From: Neodothiora populina
Taxonomy: Eukaryota
Direction: 5' to 3'
Length of the DNA: 64,000 bases
NCBI RefSeq assembly: GCF_041146345.1
Contig: NW_027191415.1
Span: 62,001-126,000, forward strand
Below, in pieces: positions 26,066 to 35,490 of this stretch. The notes under the pieces are model-generated. The model had not been told where the DNA came from and did not search any database. It saw nothing but the letters and a program-made list of their open reading frames with translations. Position 1 is the first letter of the stretch. Every line of letters begins with the position of its first letter. The translations under genes were made by a program, and so were the position numbers.

Positions 26066-28006
26066 TTACTTGGTCGCAACGATCTTGTCGTTCGAACACG
26101 TCGTGCCGGCAGCCACACTGCCCATCATGACCCAACCGCCGTGATCACACATCAAGAACTGGTCGCTGCCGGAGCACTGGATCGCGCCGTCGCTGGTACA
26201 CGAGCCATATGGCTGCGAAGCAGCGATGCGGTCGTCGCGGTAGTAGCCTGATGGCGCGTCGGCTTGTTGGGCGTATTGTTTCGTCGAGGACGAGTATGGA
26301 GAGGTGTTGGGAAAGCACTCTGTGCCTGCTGCGACGACGCGCGATTCCTCGTAAACCCAGGCTGTGCTGCCGTCGCTGTACATGGTTTGGTCGCATGTGA
26401 CCCATGTGCTGAGAAATGTTAGCGTGCTGTTTTTTTTGTTTTGTGCTACATGAGAGAGGAAAAGCGGGAGCAAGGGGTGTGTGACTTACGTTTCAGATGT
26501 ACAGATGAACGTTCCGGGCACGCAAGGCAGATAGGTGGCCAAGTCACCAGTGGCGTAACCCTCGGTGATTTCAGGTCCAGCTGAAGACGTGGTTGCACTG
26601 CTGGTTGGCTTGGCTGACGCGGCTGGCTTGCCTGAAGTGGATGTTGCTGCCGAGACGACGACAACGGTGGAGGAGCTGATGGTCGAGAAACCGAGCAGAG
26701 TCGAGACACTTGAGCCTGTCAAGGATGGCGTGACTGATGAGGAGGCCCCTGCTGTACGAGTCACTGTGCTGGTCACAGGTGCGCTGGCGTAGACAGTTAG
26801 AGTCACGTCTGGCGGGCAGGTCTCATCTGCGGTCACGGTCGAGGTCGGGTCACCGCGTCCGGCTCCGACAGAAGAATATGTAAAGACAGATGTGGTTGCT
26901 GGCGAAGTCGATACGGACGAGGCAGCCTTTGAACTCGAAGAAGCTGGTGCTGTTGCTCTTGTGCTCGTGCTCGTGCTCAAAGTAGTAGGTTTGGTGCTAC
27001 TTGGTGCCTGAGATGGCGACGAACTTGAACCCACGTTCGAGCTGGAACTCAACGGTCTGCTGCTGGATGGCGCGGACGCCACCGAACTCGTCCTGATGGT
27101 AGAGCTCAAGCTCCCGGGTCTACTGCTTGTAATGAATGTGCTTGGTTGAGTGGTAGTCGGGCGCGTAAGAGAAGAAGTAGGAGCAGCGCTGCCAGTGTTG
27201 CTGCCACCTCCAGTGGACAACACTTCAGTGGCAGGATTGACACTGTCGGACATGTACTTGTAAGTCTGACCAAATGGTGTAGGTGCATCACACTGTCCGG
27301 GGTTGTCTGTTGGCGAGCTGGAACTGCTGGCGCCGCTTCCATAGACGACAGCTGGACCAGGGTCAGGATAGACCGGCGTGGTACCTTCAGTCGTTGTGCA
27401 GTCGTTGATCCCAGGCAGATTGGCTTTCCAAATGAAGGGTAGATCCTCAAAAGAGCTGAATCCAGAGGACGCATCGCGCTTGTTGGCCGATCCCGCAGTG
27501 GATCCCGTGATCTTTACTTCTGCACAGTTCATATAGAATTCGCGATTTCCCTGCAGGTTCTGCCACGTCCACGCGAACAGAGCCTGACCGTTGGGAACGT
27601 ATGAAGGGAGCGTGAAGTCGTACTTGTCAACCAGCGGGCATCCACCAATCATCGACTGGATGACTCTGAACGTGGCGCCGTTGTCGTACGAAAGAGACAA
27701 CTGACAAGAGCCTCCACCATGGACTGCACTCCCTGCAAGAGTCATGTTGTAAGTTGTGCCAGCAGTCCAAGTGGCTACGTTGTTGATCGGTCTATCATTC
27801 TGATAGCCCTTGCAAGGAAAGTTTGAACCGTCGGCGACCAGCGGCGAGGTCATACTGTAATCGATGTTTTGATAGTTGTTGGCAGGATCATACTTCGAGT
27901 GCAGGGGATAAGGCCAGCTCATCTCCATGTGTGCGAGCGCTTGAGGCGCGAGTGATAGAATCGTACATGTCGCCAGGACGGTCCGCAGACTTGTTTGAGA
28001 AGACAT
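26066..28006 (-). CDS. Secreted AA11-family lytic polysaccharide monooxygenase with S/T linker and C-terminal Cys-rich modules (619 aa; exons 28006-26490, 26408-26066)
   Basis: Signal peptide ending ALA followed by His1 (HMEMSWPYP), [28 protein letters not shown] (second His), NREFYMNCA (Glu/Tyr). Intron GTAAGT...GCTAAC...CAG. Confidence 0.88.
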
Positions 28007-29272
28007 GGTAAGGATATGGTTTTGCTTGTAAAGAACGGCAAATGCTTGGAAGGACAAGACTCCAGGTCTTATAACAGGGCGCTGAAAGAAACAAAAAGAG
28101 TGGCCAGCCACCTGTCAAAGGTTGCCAGGAGGTATGACAGCGCGAAACGGGGTGAAAGAGAGACTTAACAATACTGAACGTTGGTTGGTGTAGCAAACCG
28201 GTAGTGAACGTGAAGGTCGAACGGTTTTTCCAACATTCTTCGCGTTCTGTGCACTCGGTTTTAACGCGACTGACCATGGTGGAGATATGTGACTACTCCT
28301 TTTACCTCGGCGCCAACACAGATGTTGCTGCGTACGACTTGCTCCTGAAAGTTGCAATACAGCACGACCATACTGCTAACACGAATGGACAAATTGACTA
28401 AGCGCTCAGTGGAGGGAACGGCAATGTATAGCCGTTGACAAACCCGTTTCAGAACGGCGCCTCGCCCCAGGGGACAGCAACGAGAAGCATCACGGAAAAG
28501 ACGCTAGAAAGGCGACAGCGCAACGCAACGCAGAGCAAAACGTCTTGATCGCGTGGACACGCATACCACTCTGCAATGCGCGCCTGAAGCGTCGTATTAG
28601 ATGTGTGTCCACGGGGCTGCCTCGACCAGCGCATTTATTCTTCAGGGCTGCTCATGTCACATACATGCGCATACCTTAGCTTCGCTCTGATAAAAAGAAG
28701 ACACTTGAGGTATTCCTAGGGTGCGTGCAATAGCTCCATAGTTGAGAAAGATGTTGTTATGTGTACCGTGAAGGTCTACCAGTGGTGGACATGCGCCCAA
28801 GAGGCTGTGGCATACATTGAAGTATAAACAAATCGTTATCTCCCGGTCCTGTATAGTCGCAAAATACTACCTCGCCAACGTCGCCAGTCTTACCAAAAAG
28901 CGCCATGTAAGGAACAGTAAATGAACAGTTATCTTATGTCTCTGCTATGCCAGCCATCCATGATTGAACGTGTGGTGACGCGCGCCAACATCCGTGCTCA
29001 GGGCGTCGCCACAGCTGCGAGAACGTTGCCACGACCGCTGATTGGCGCTTCAAACTTCGTTCGCTCCGAACCGTTCATCCATCCTGGACGACGTCGAATA
29101 GCTACTAGCACGAGTCCCGAGTGATCGATATACTGCACCAAAAGTGTCGAAAAGGAGTCACGACAGGCTTATTGATCAGGGCTTGTCGTGTTCTGAAGAC
29201 ACTGTCACATACGTGGGTGACAGTGGTATCATACGCTACACCGCATTGCGATCTTGACTATAGCCTCTCAAT

Positions 29273-29764
29273 ATGCCAGGTTTACAGGGCGACGATGTCG
29301 ACAAAGTAGAGGTCCGTTGTTGCAGATCAAGTTGGGCGCATGTGTACTCATAAATTGGAAAGCGATTAAAAAGCGCCTTATGGCATGCGATCGGCGGTAT
29401 TGTGGATGCGATTTCCCTCAATCAGGACATAAATGCCTCTCCAGAGTTCATCGGATCGTTGACAGAGCTTGTATGGAACCAAATACGTGAGTCTTGGAGA
29501 TGCAATTGAATCCATCCATAGGCACACTGAGATGCAAATCGCTAATGTCAATGCAGATACTTCTGGTCGCGATCTAGAAGCTTTCACAAAGTGCGGCTCT
29601 TTGGAAACCATAGCTCTTGTTCACCACTGATCGTCTCGCTTTGTAGGCATGCTGGTCGTTCCACGATTGACACCAAGGATGTCATGCTTCTTACTCGTCG
29701 CAATGAGGACTTAAAGACGATACTGCAGAACTCCCTAGAGGAAGTTCACGCAAAACCCCGGTGA
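29273..29764 (+). CDS. MHF1: MHF1 / CENP-S histone-fold protein (104 aa; exons 29273-29311, 29363-29486, 29557-29590, 29647-29764); absent from the ORF track
   Basis: Spliced translation MPGLQGDDVDKVE-RLKSALWHAIGGIVDAISLNQDINASPEFIGSLTELVWNQI-HTSGRDLEAFTK-HAGRSTIDTKDVMLLTRRNEDLKTILQNSLEEVHAKPR. RLK.ALW and DLE.F..HAGR.TI...DV.LL.RRN are CENP-S hallmarks. Confidence 0.9.
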
Positions 29765-29976
29765 GCGTGCGACGCACGGCAAATATTCGTGAGCCATGAA
29801 GATAAACTGCATTGGGAATGCTCCAAATTCTAAAGATGGGAGTCATGAGACCTCTCTATCTATGGGCACAAGCATGGGCAACGCATGACATGTCACTAAG
29901 ACTCTTCAACAAATCAGACCTGCTTCATGCATCCGAGTCACATAACGGCTTTACTTGACATTCTGTCGTAAGTCGT

Positions 29977-31400
29977 TTATTCCGTTGCTCCCTTCTTGTC
30001 CGGGAACCCGAGATCAAGCTGCAGATATCATTAGCACCGTACTTATACCATTTGCAAGTAGATATACATACACCGAAAGCTGGGAAGATGAGCCTCTTTG
30101 GCGGGTGGTTCTTGGAGATATGGTCAAGCGCTTGCAGATCGCTGTGGTCGAATTTGATGATTCTCATGTTCTCTTCAATGCGGGAAGGATTGACTGATTT
30201 CGGAATCACGCAGTTACCGCGAGCAACTGTCCAATCTGTTAGCGCAAGCAATTCGGGAGTTGTCAATCAATCTCACTGTGGTAGCTGAGCAGTACACATC
30301 CAGGAGTCACGTCGTGTTTCTTTGCAACCTCCTGGATCTCCTTCTCCTGGAAGAGAGGGCCTCCTGTACTGCCGAATGGACTGTATGCTGTGATGAGGAT
30401 GCCCTTCTCCTTGCAGTAGTCTCCGACGTCGTGTTGTGCAAGGTAAGGGTGGCACTCGATCTGGTTCATTGCCGGGACGACCTCAGCTTGGGGCAATAGC
30501 TCCTCGAGGTATTCAACCGAGAAGTTGGCGACTCCAATGGCCTTGGTCTTGCCAGTCTTGAGCACCTTCTCCATCTCCTTCCATGTCTGGATGTACGACC
30601 AGCTCTTGTCGAGATCGCGGGATCCATCGGGAAGCTTGGGAATGGTCTCATGGTTTCCCTTGGGGTTCATCGGCACGGGCCAGTGCATCAGATAGAGATC
30701 GACTGTTCGAGGAAGCAGGAGTTAGCAATAAACAACAATGCAGTGGCAAATGGACTTGAGTATGCGAATCTATCACTGCACTGCCGTCTTGACTGCACGG
30801 CGATTCACTATTTCCCGATGCGGAGCGGAGACAACAATGCAAAGACGTCACCGATGAATAGCGTAGTCAAGGACATCAAGTCGAATAACAATACTTCACA
30901 CCGCTGCAATTTATTTTCACGTGCAACAACTTCTCGAGGCGCGAAACATTGAAAGCAGGATAAGAAAGTCACAGCGTGTACTCACCATAGTCGAGACCGA
31001 GCTTGCTCAAACTCTTGTCCAAGTTCTCTTCTACTCGCGAGTGATAGGTACCTACAGTAGTGGGTCAGCGAGCGAAGTTTCAGAATATTAGAGACGGCGA
31101 CAGCTTACACCACAGCTTTGTTGTCACAAACACATCTTCACGCTTGATGCCAGAGTCGAATCCCTCCTTCAGTCCAGCGCCGACCTCATCCTCGTTGCCG
31201 TAGATGTAAGCTGCGTCAACATGCCTGTATCCGACCTTGAGAGCGTGTGAGACTGCCTTTGTCACTTCGCCCGGGGCAGATTGCCATGTTCCCAGACCTG
31301 GAACATATAAGCCTGGAAGTTCTAATAACATCACAAGAAACATCATACCGAGGGCGGGGACCTTTGCGCCAGTGTTGAGAGTAAACTTAGTATCGGCCAT
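29977..31400 (-). CDS. NADPH aldo-keto reductase, GAR1-like (candidate D-glucuronate/D-galacturonate reductase; 309 aa; exons 31400-31349, 31297-31109, 31051-30986, 30702-30277, 30226-30072, 30018-29977)
   Basis: AKR tetrad D(AAY)-Y-K(LW)-H(WP), GLGTWQS, IPKSV. The loop MNPKGNH...PKLPDGSRD and C-terminus P.FG.D.GFPDK resemble my recollection of Trichoderma reesei GAR1. The substrate is inferred. Confidence 0.88.
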
Positions 31401-32444
31401 CTTGGTAGGGTGCAGTATGAAATCGGGGGTCTTCTTCAGGATGAAGTTTGCGAGAGAAGGATTCATGGCAGGTTTGACGGAAGAAGCGAAAAGATATAGG
31501 GATTCACTTTCCTTGCAGAGATGATTGGTTTGTTTGTCAAATCAGAGCTGCTGCCCTGCCCGCCGCCCGCAGCAGATAAGTGAGCACGTCAACCTGGCGC
31601 CGAATCATTGATGCCCCACTACCCCTCTATCGACTTGCCTGGATAGGCATGGACGCTGGGAAACAAGGGTGGACAGGTAACTGACGCCGCTCGCTCATAC
31701 GTTAATCCGATACCAGTCGGCCCGGGCATGATATCAGGTAGAAACACAGAAAAGCAAAGGCCGAAGTTCCAGAGCCAAGCCCGCTCGGTCTCCGATTGTC
31801 CGAAAGATGGCTCACCTGATGCGGTAGAGAGGAGAAACCCATCTGCCGAAGCCTCCGCGGCGGCGACAAGACCGGGCGGGGTAGCTGTTCTGGCCGACGC
31901 TACGGCGTCCATAGTCCCGCTGGCGCATCCTTTGCCCCAGTATAATCGTCATTTTGCTGGCATGAGGGAGTGGAGATTGCATAATGCTCGCTCCGATTGT
32001 CCTGAGGTTGAGGAGCGTATTGCCTCCGGGCGGCGCGCTAGAGCGAAGATTTTTCCGGATTGGGGCCTTTTTTGCTTCCGATGGGGGTTTAGACTTCGTC
32101 TGGGTGGTCTGGGGACCCCTAGACCTTGACCACAACACGAAACAGTGGGCATGGGAAGAGCCAATGATGTGTCTCTTTTGCTGTTTGACCCCCCCTCTCT
32201 AGTGATCGAAATGAAGGTGAGAAACGATTCAGCAGGTTTAGTATTGCGTGTATGTGTAGTCAGAAGGTAGATAAACCCCCCTCCCTTCGCTCTGTAAACA
32301 CTTCTCTTTTCACCTCACTTGTGTTTCCATCTTCCCCAATCTCCCATTACTCAACCTGCCTGCGATCCTATACCATAGCATCTTCAGTCCTTCAGTACTA
32401 GCATTGCATTTCCGAGTCTCATACAAGAGGCCCCGTTATAAACC
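31401..32444. promoter_or_regulatory. Divergent promoter shared by the AKR and MIOX genes
   Basis: 1044 bp between head-to-head ATGs. Contains two exact copies of CTCCGATTGTCC (31790-31801, 31991-32002) and CCG(G)AT(T)GGGG variants (32055-32065, 32078-32087). Confidence 0.65.
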
Positions 32445-33419
32445 ATGGCCCCCATTGCTATTGAGACACCAAATGTCAACGAGAACTTCAATGACCACAG
32501 AGACGGCCTCGCTCTCGAGGCAACCTCGGATAGCATCGACGAGGTGAACGTCCTCAAGGCCGCCCTGAAGGTCAAGAACGGCACGGCGACGCAAGAAGAA
32601 AAGGACATATACGAAAAATCCCAGTTCGACGCGGAAAAGGACAAGACGCAGTTTCGCCAGTACGAGGACGCGTGCGATCGCGTCAAGAACTTCTACCGCG
32701 AGCAGCACGAGAAGCAGACGGTGGCGTACAATCTCAAAGCCCGCAATGACTTCAAGTCCAAGACGCGCGCCGAAATGACCATCTGGCAAGCCATGGAGAA
32801 GCTCAACACGCTCATCGACGAGTCCGACCCAGACACGTCTCTCTCGCAGATCGAGCACCTCCTGCAGTCCGCCGAGGCCATCCGCCGCGATGGCAAGCCC
32901 CGCTGGTTCCAGCTCACAGGTCTCGTACACGACCTCGGCAAACTGCTGTACTTCTTCGACGCCCAGGGCCAATGGGACGTGGTCGGCGACACATTCCCTG
33001 TCGGCTGCGCGTTCGACGAGAAGATCATCTACCCCGGCACATTCACCGACAACCCCGACTCCAAAGACCCCATCTACGGCACGAAATACGGCATCTACTC
33101 GCCCCGCTGCGGCATGGACAACATCATGCTGAGCTGGGGCCACGACGAGTACCTGTACCATATCTGCAAGGAGCAGAGCACGCTGCCCGACGAAGCGCTG
33201 GCTATGATCCGTTATCACTCGTTCTACCCCTGGCACAGCGAGGGCGCGTATTCGTGGGCGATGAACGAAAAGGACGAGGCTATGCTGAAGGCTGTCAAGG
33301 CGTTCAACCCTTATGATCTGTACAGCAAGAGTGATGATGTGCCCAGCGTCGACGAGCTCAAGGAGTATTATCTGGATCTGATCAATGAGTACTTCCCTCA
33401 GCAGGTCATCAAGTGGTGA
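32445..33419 (+). CDS. MIOX: myo-inositol oxygenase (324 aa, intronless)
   Basis: FRQY, LIDESDPD, HLLQSAE.IR, HDLGK, QWDVVGDTFPVGC, SWGHDEYLY, IRYHSFYPWH, DLYSK: the di-iron HD-domain ligands of MIOX are intact. Confidence 0.97.
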   Translation: MAPIAIETPNVNENFNDHRDGLALEATSDSIDEVNVLKAALKVKNGTATQEEKDIYEKSQFDAEKDKTQFRQYEDACDRVKNFYREQHEKQTVAYNLKARNDFKSKTRAEMTIWQAMEKLNTLIDESDPDTSLSQIEHLLQSAEAIRRDGKPRWFQLTGLVHDLGKLLYFFDAQGQWDVVGDTFPVGCAFDEKIIYPGTFTDNPDSKDPIYGTKYGIYSPRCGMDNIMLSWGHDEYLYHICKEQSTLPDEALAMIRYHSFYPWHSEGAYSWAMNEKDEAMLKAVKAFNPYDLYSKSDDVPSVDELKEYYLDLINEYFPQQVIKW

Positions 33420-33898
33420 TCCTGGACATCCGACTTCTTGACGTGGATGATTTTTCTTGACGATTGTGGCGCTTTGTGGGGAGGGCGTTTCTTTCGCTGG
33501 ATTTGATGAATGATAATGTTTCCGTTTTCCGAATTTAGCGATATAGTCTATCTTAGATAGTCCACTACACCTTGCTGTGTGGATGTGTCTTGGGTGTCGT
33601 TCGTTCCGTGTGAGCCTGACTGCTCCGGATCAAGAATGCGACTTTCTTTTCCAATTCTCATGTCTTACTTGTATCTTCGTCTCACGTGTATCTTGTATGC
33701 TTCATGTTCATTTGGCCTGAGCAAAGTACCTAGTGATCTAATAATTTGATAGTCGATCACATCTGCCAGTCGTTGATGGAGTAGTAGTGGTTTCAATGCA
33801 AAAAGGTATAATGTTTCCAAACATTTTTTGTTATTTGGGCCAAAATATATCGGGTCCATCCAAATCCAATATCAATGTTGCTCTCCGCGTCATGCTTT

Positions 33899-35167
33899 TC
33901 AATTGCTCGAATCCTCGGGGGTCTCAATAACGACCTTGAGCACCAAGGTGCCGTCTTCCTCTTTCGTCTTGCCTGCGAGTGCAAAGGCTTCCGGCACGCT
34001 CTCCAGTCCCTTGAATCTGTGCGTCACCAGTTTGGAAAAGTCGACGGCATTCGGGCCTTTTGTCGTCATGACCTCGATGCCCTCGGGGTATGTGTTTGCG
34101 TATCTGAAGACGCCGACGATGTCGACTTCTCTTAGAGCGGCGGCGGACATGGCAAGGGTCTGAACTGGCACTCCCATTCCGACCAGCATTATGCGGCCTC
34201 CGGGACGTGTTGCCTAGATGTAGGGATTAGTGTTCACAAGAAAAAAAAAAGATGAAGCGGGACAGGGTGACTCACGTAGATGCCGGCTTGTACGCAAGAA
34301 GGTACACCGGTGCACTCGAAAACAACGTCCACTTCTCCGAGCTTTCCGTGGTCCGTCTCGACCTCAGCCAGCGCATCTGCCGTCTCTCTAGCGATGGCAA
34401 GGTTCTCCTCGGTGTCCTTTCCTCTCTTCATCGGCACGACAAAACTCTTGTGTGCAAAGCCATTCTTGACTGCAAAATCAACTCGTCCCTGGTCAATATC
34501 GGCGATCAAGACCGTCTTGGCCCCCTTAGTCTTTGCCACCGCTGCAGCGAGTAGTCCCACTGCGCCCGCACCGAAGACCAGCACCGTCTGTCCCTCCTTC
34601 ATCAAACTGCGTCTGCAGGCGTGAATCGTCACGCCGAGCGGTTCTAGTAATGCTCCGAGATCCATGCTCATCTCATCTGGCAGCTTATGGCACCACTTTG
34701 CAGGGTGATTGATTCTACCTTGCAGGGTACCCTGGAAATGGGGGAAACTCTTCGCAGAGCTTCGGAACCGCATGCTTTTGCAGATATTGTAGCGGCCTTC
34801 GTCACATCTAGCACATGCATCACAAGGAACACCGACTTCGAGAGCGACTCGGTCACCCGGCTTGAGATTCGTCACTGCACTGCCTACCGCTGTGACGATT
34901 CCGGATGACTCGTGACCCAGAGTCAGGGGCTCCTTGACGATGATGTCGCCGTTCCGGCCATGGTTGAAGTAGTGAAGATCGCTGCCGCAGAGACCGGTGC
35001 TGTGCACCGAGACTTGAACTTCTGTTGCTTCGGGGGCAGGAACTTCACGCGTTTCCTGTTTGTTACCATTAGCATTGAGATACAAGGAAGATGATACTGT
35101 TACTCACAATGCGGACATCTTTGGCGCTGTGGAGCACACTGGCCTGTACTTGAGTTGTAGACGGCAT
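33899..35167 (-). CDS. Zn-dependent NAD+ polyol/sugar-acid dehydrogenase, sorbitol-DH-like (candidate L-idonate or L-gulonate 5-dehydrogenase; 384 aa; exons 35167-35108, 35055-34276, 34213-33899)
   Basis: GLCGSDLH, GHE, structural Zn CDACARCDEGRYNIC, GAGAVG Rossmann motif with IADID (Asp, NAD+-type), GVFRYANTY. The substrate is inferred. Confidence 0.9.
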
Positions 35168-35490
35168 GGTTATGGAATGTGATAAATGAACGGTCTGTCA
35201 AAGGCATGTAACACTCTCTTCTAAAAGCAAAAGAATTGACGCCGGTGTATGCAGTTGCAATGACAAAAAGATGGCAATAGATATCAAGTAGTGTCTGAGA
35301 GACAAAACCAACATCGGCAACGGAGAGCGGGGATGGGGTAATCACGCATCCCCCACACGCTCGGCATCTGAAACTGGAAATAGCCTTTGATCATACCGCC
35401 TTATAATGAACACATCTGGCCCGCTGTTTATATTTCTGTATCATCTTCTACCCCTCTGTCATACTGTCAAACGAAAAAGAAACAAGAAAC
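35168..35490. promoter_or_regulatory. Short (323 bp) divergent promoter shared by the Zn-dehydrogenase and SDR genes
   Basis: Head-to-head ATGs. Central GC-rich patch with CGG triplets (35315, 35321, 35328, 35362) and inverted repeat GGGGATG/CATCCCC (35329-35353). Confidence 0.7.

Noticed and set aside
28362..28420. ACGACCATA resembling the 5' end of fungal 5S rRNA
   Set aside because: Similarity stops after 9 nt and the internal control region is absent.
32436..33236. Long antisense ORFs over MIOX (and similarly over DUF3405, FRS2, MTC1 and TIM50)
   Set aside because: Expected shadow ORFs from GC3-rich codon usage on the sense strand; no protein motifs.
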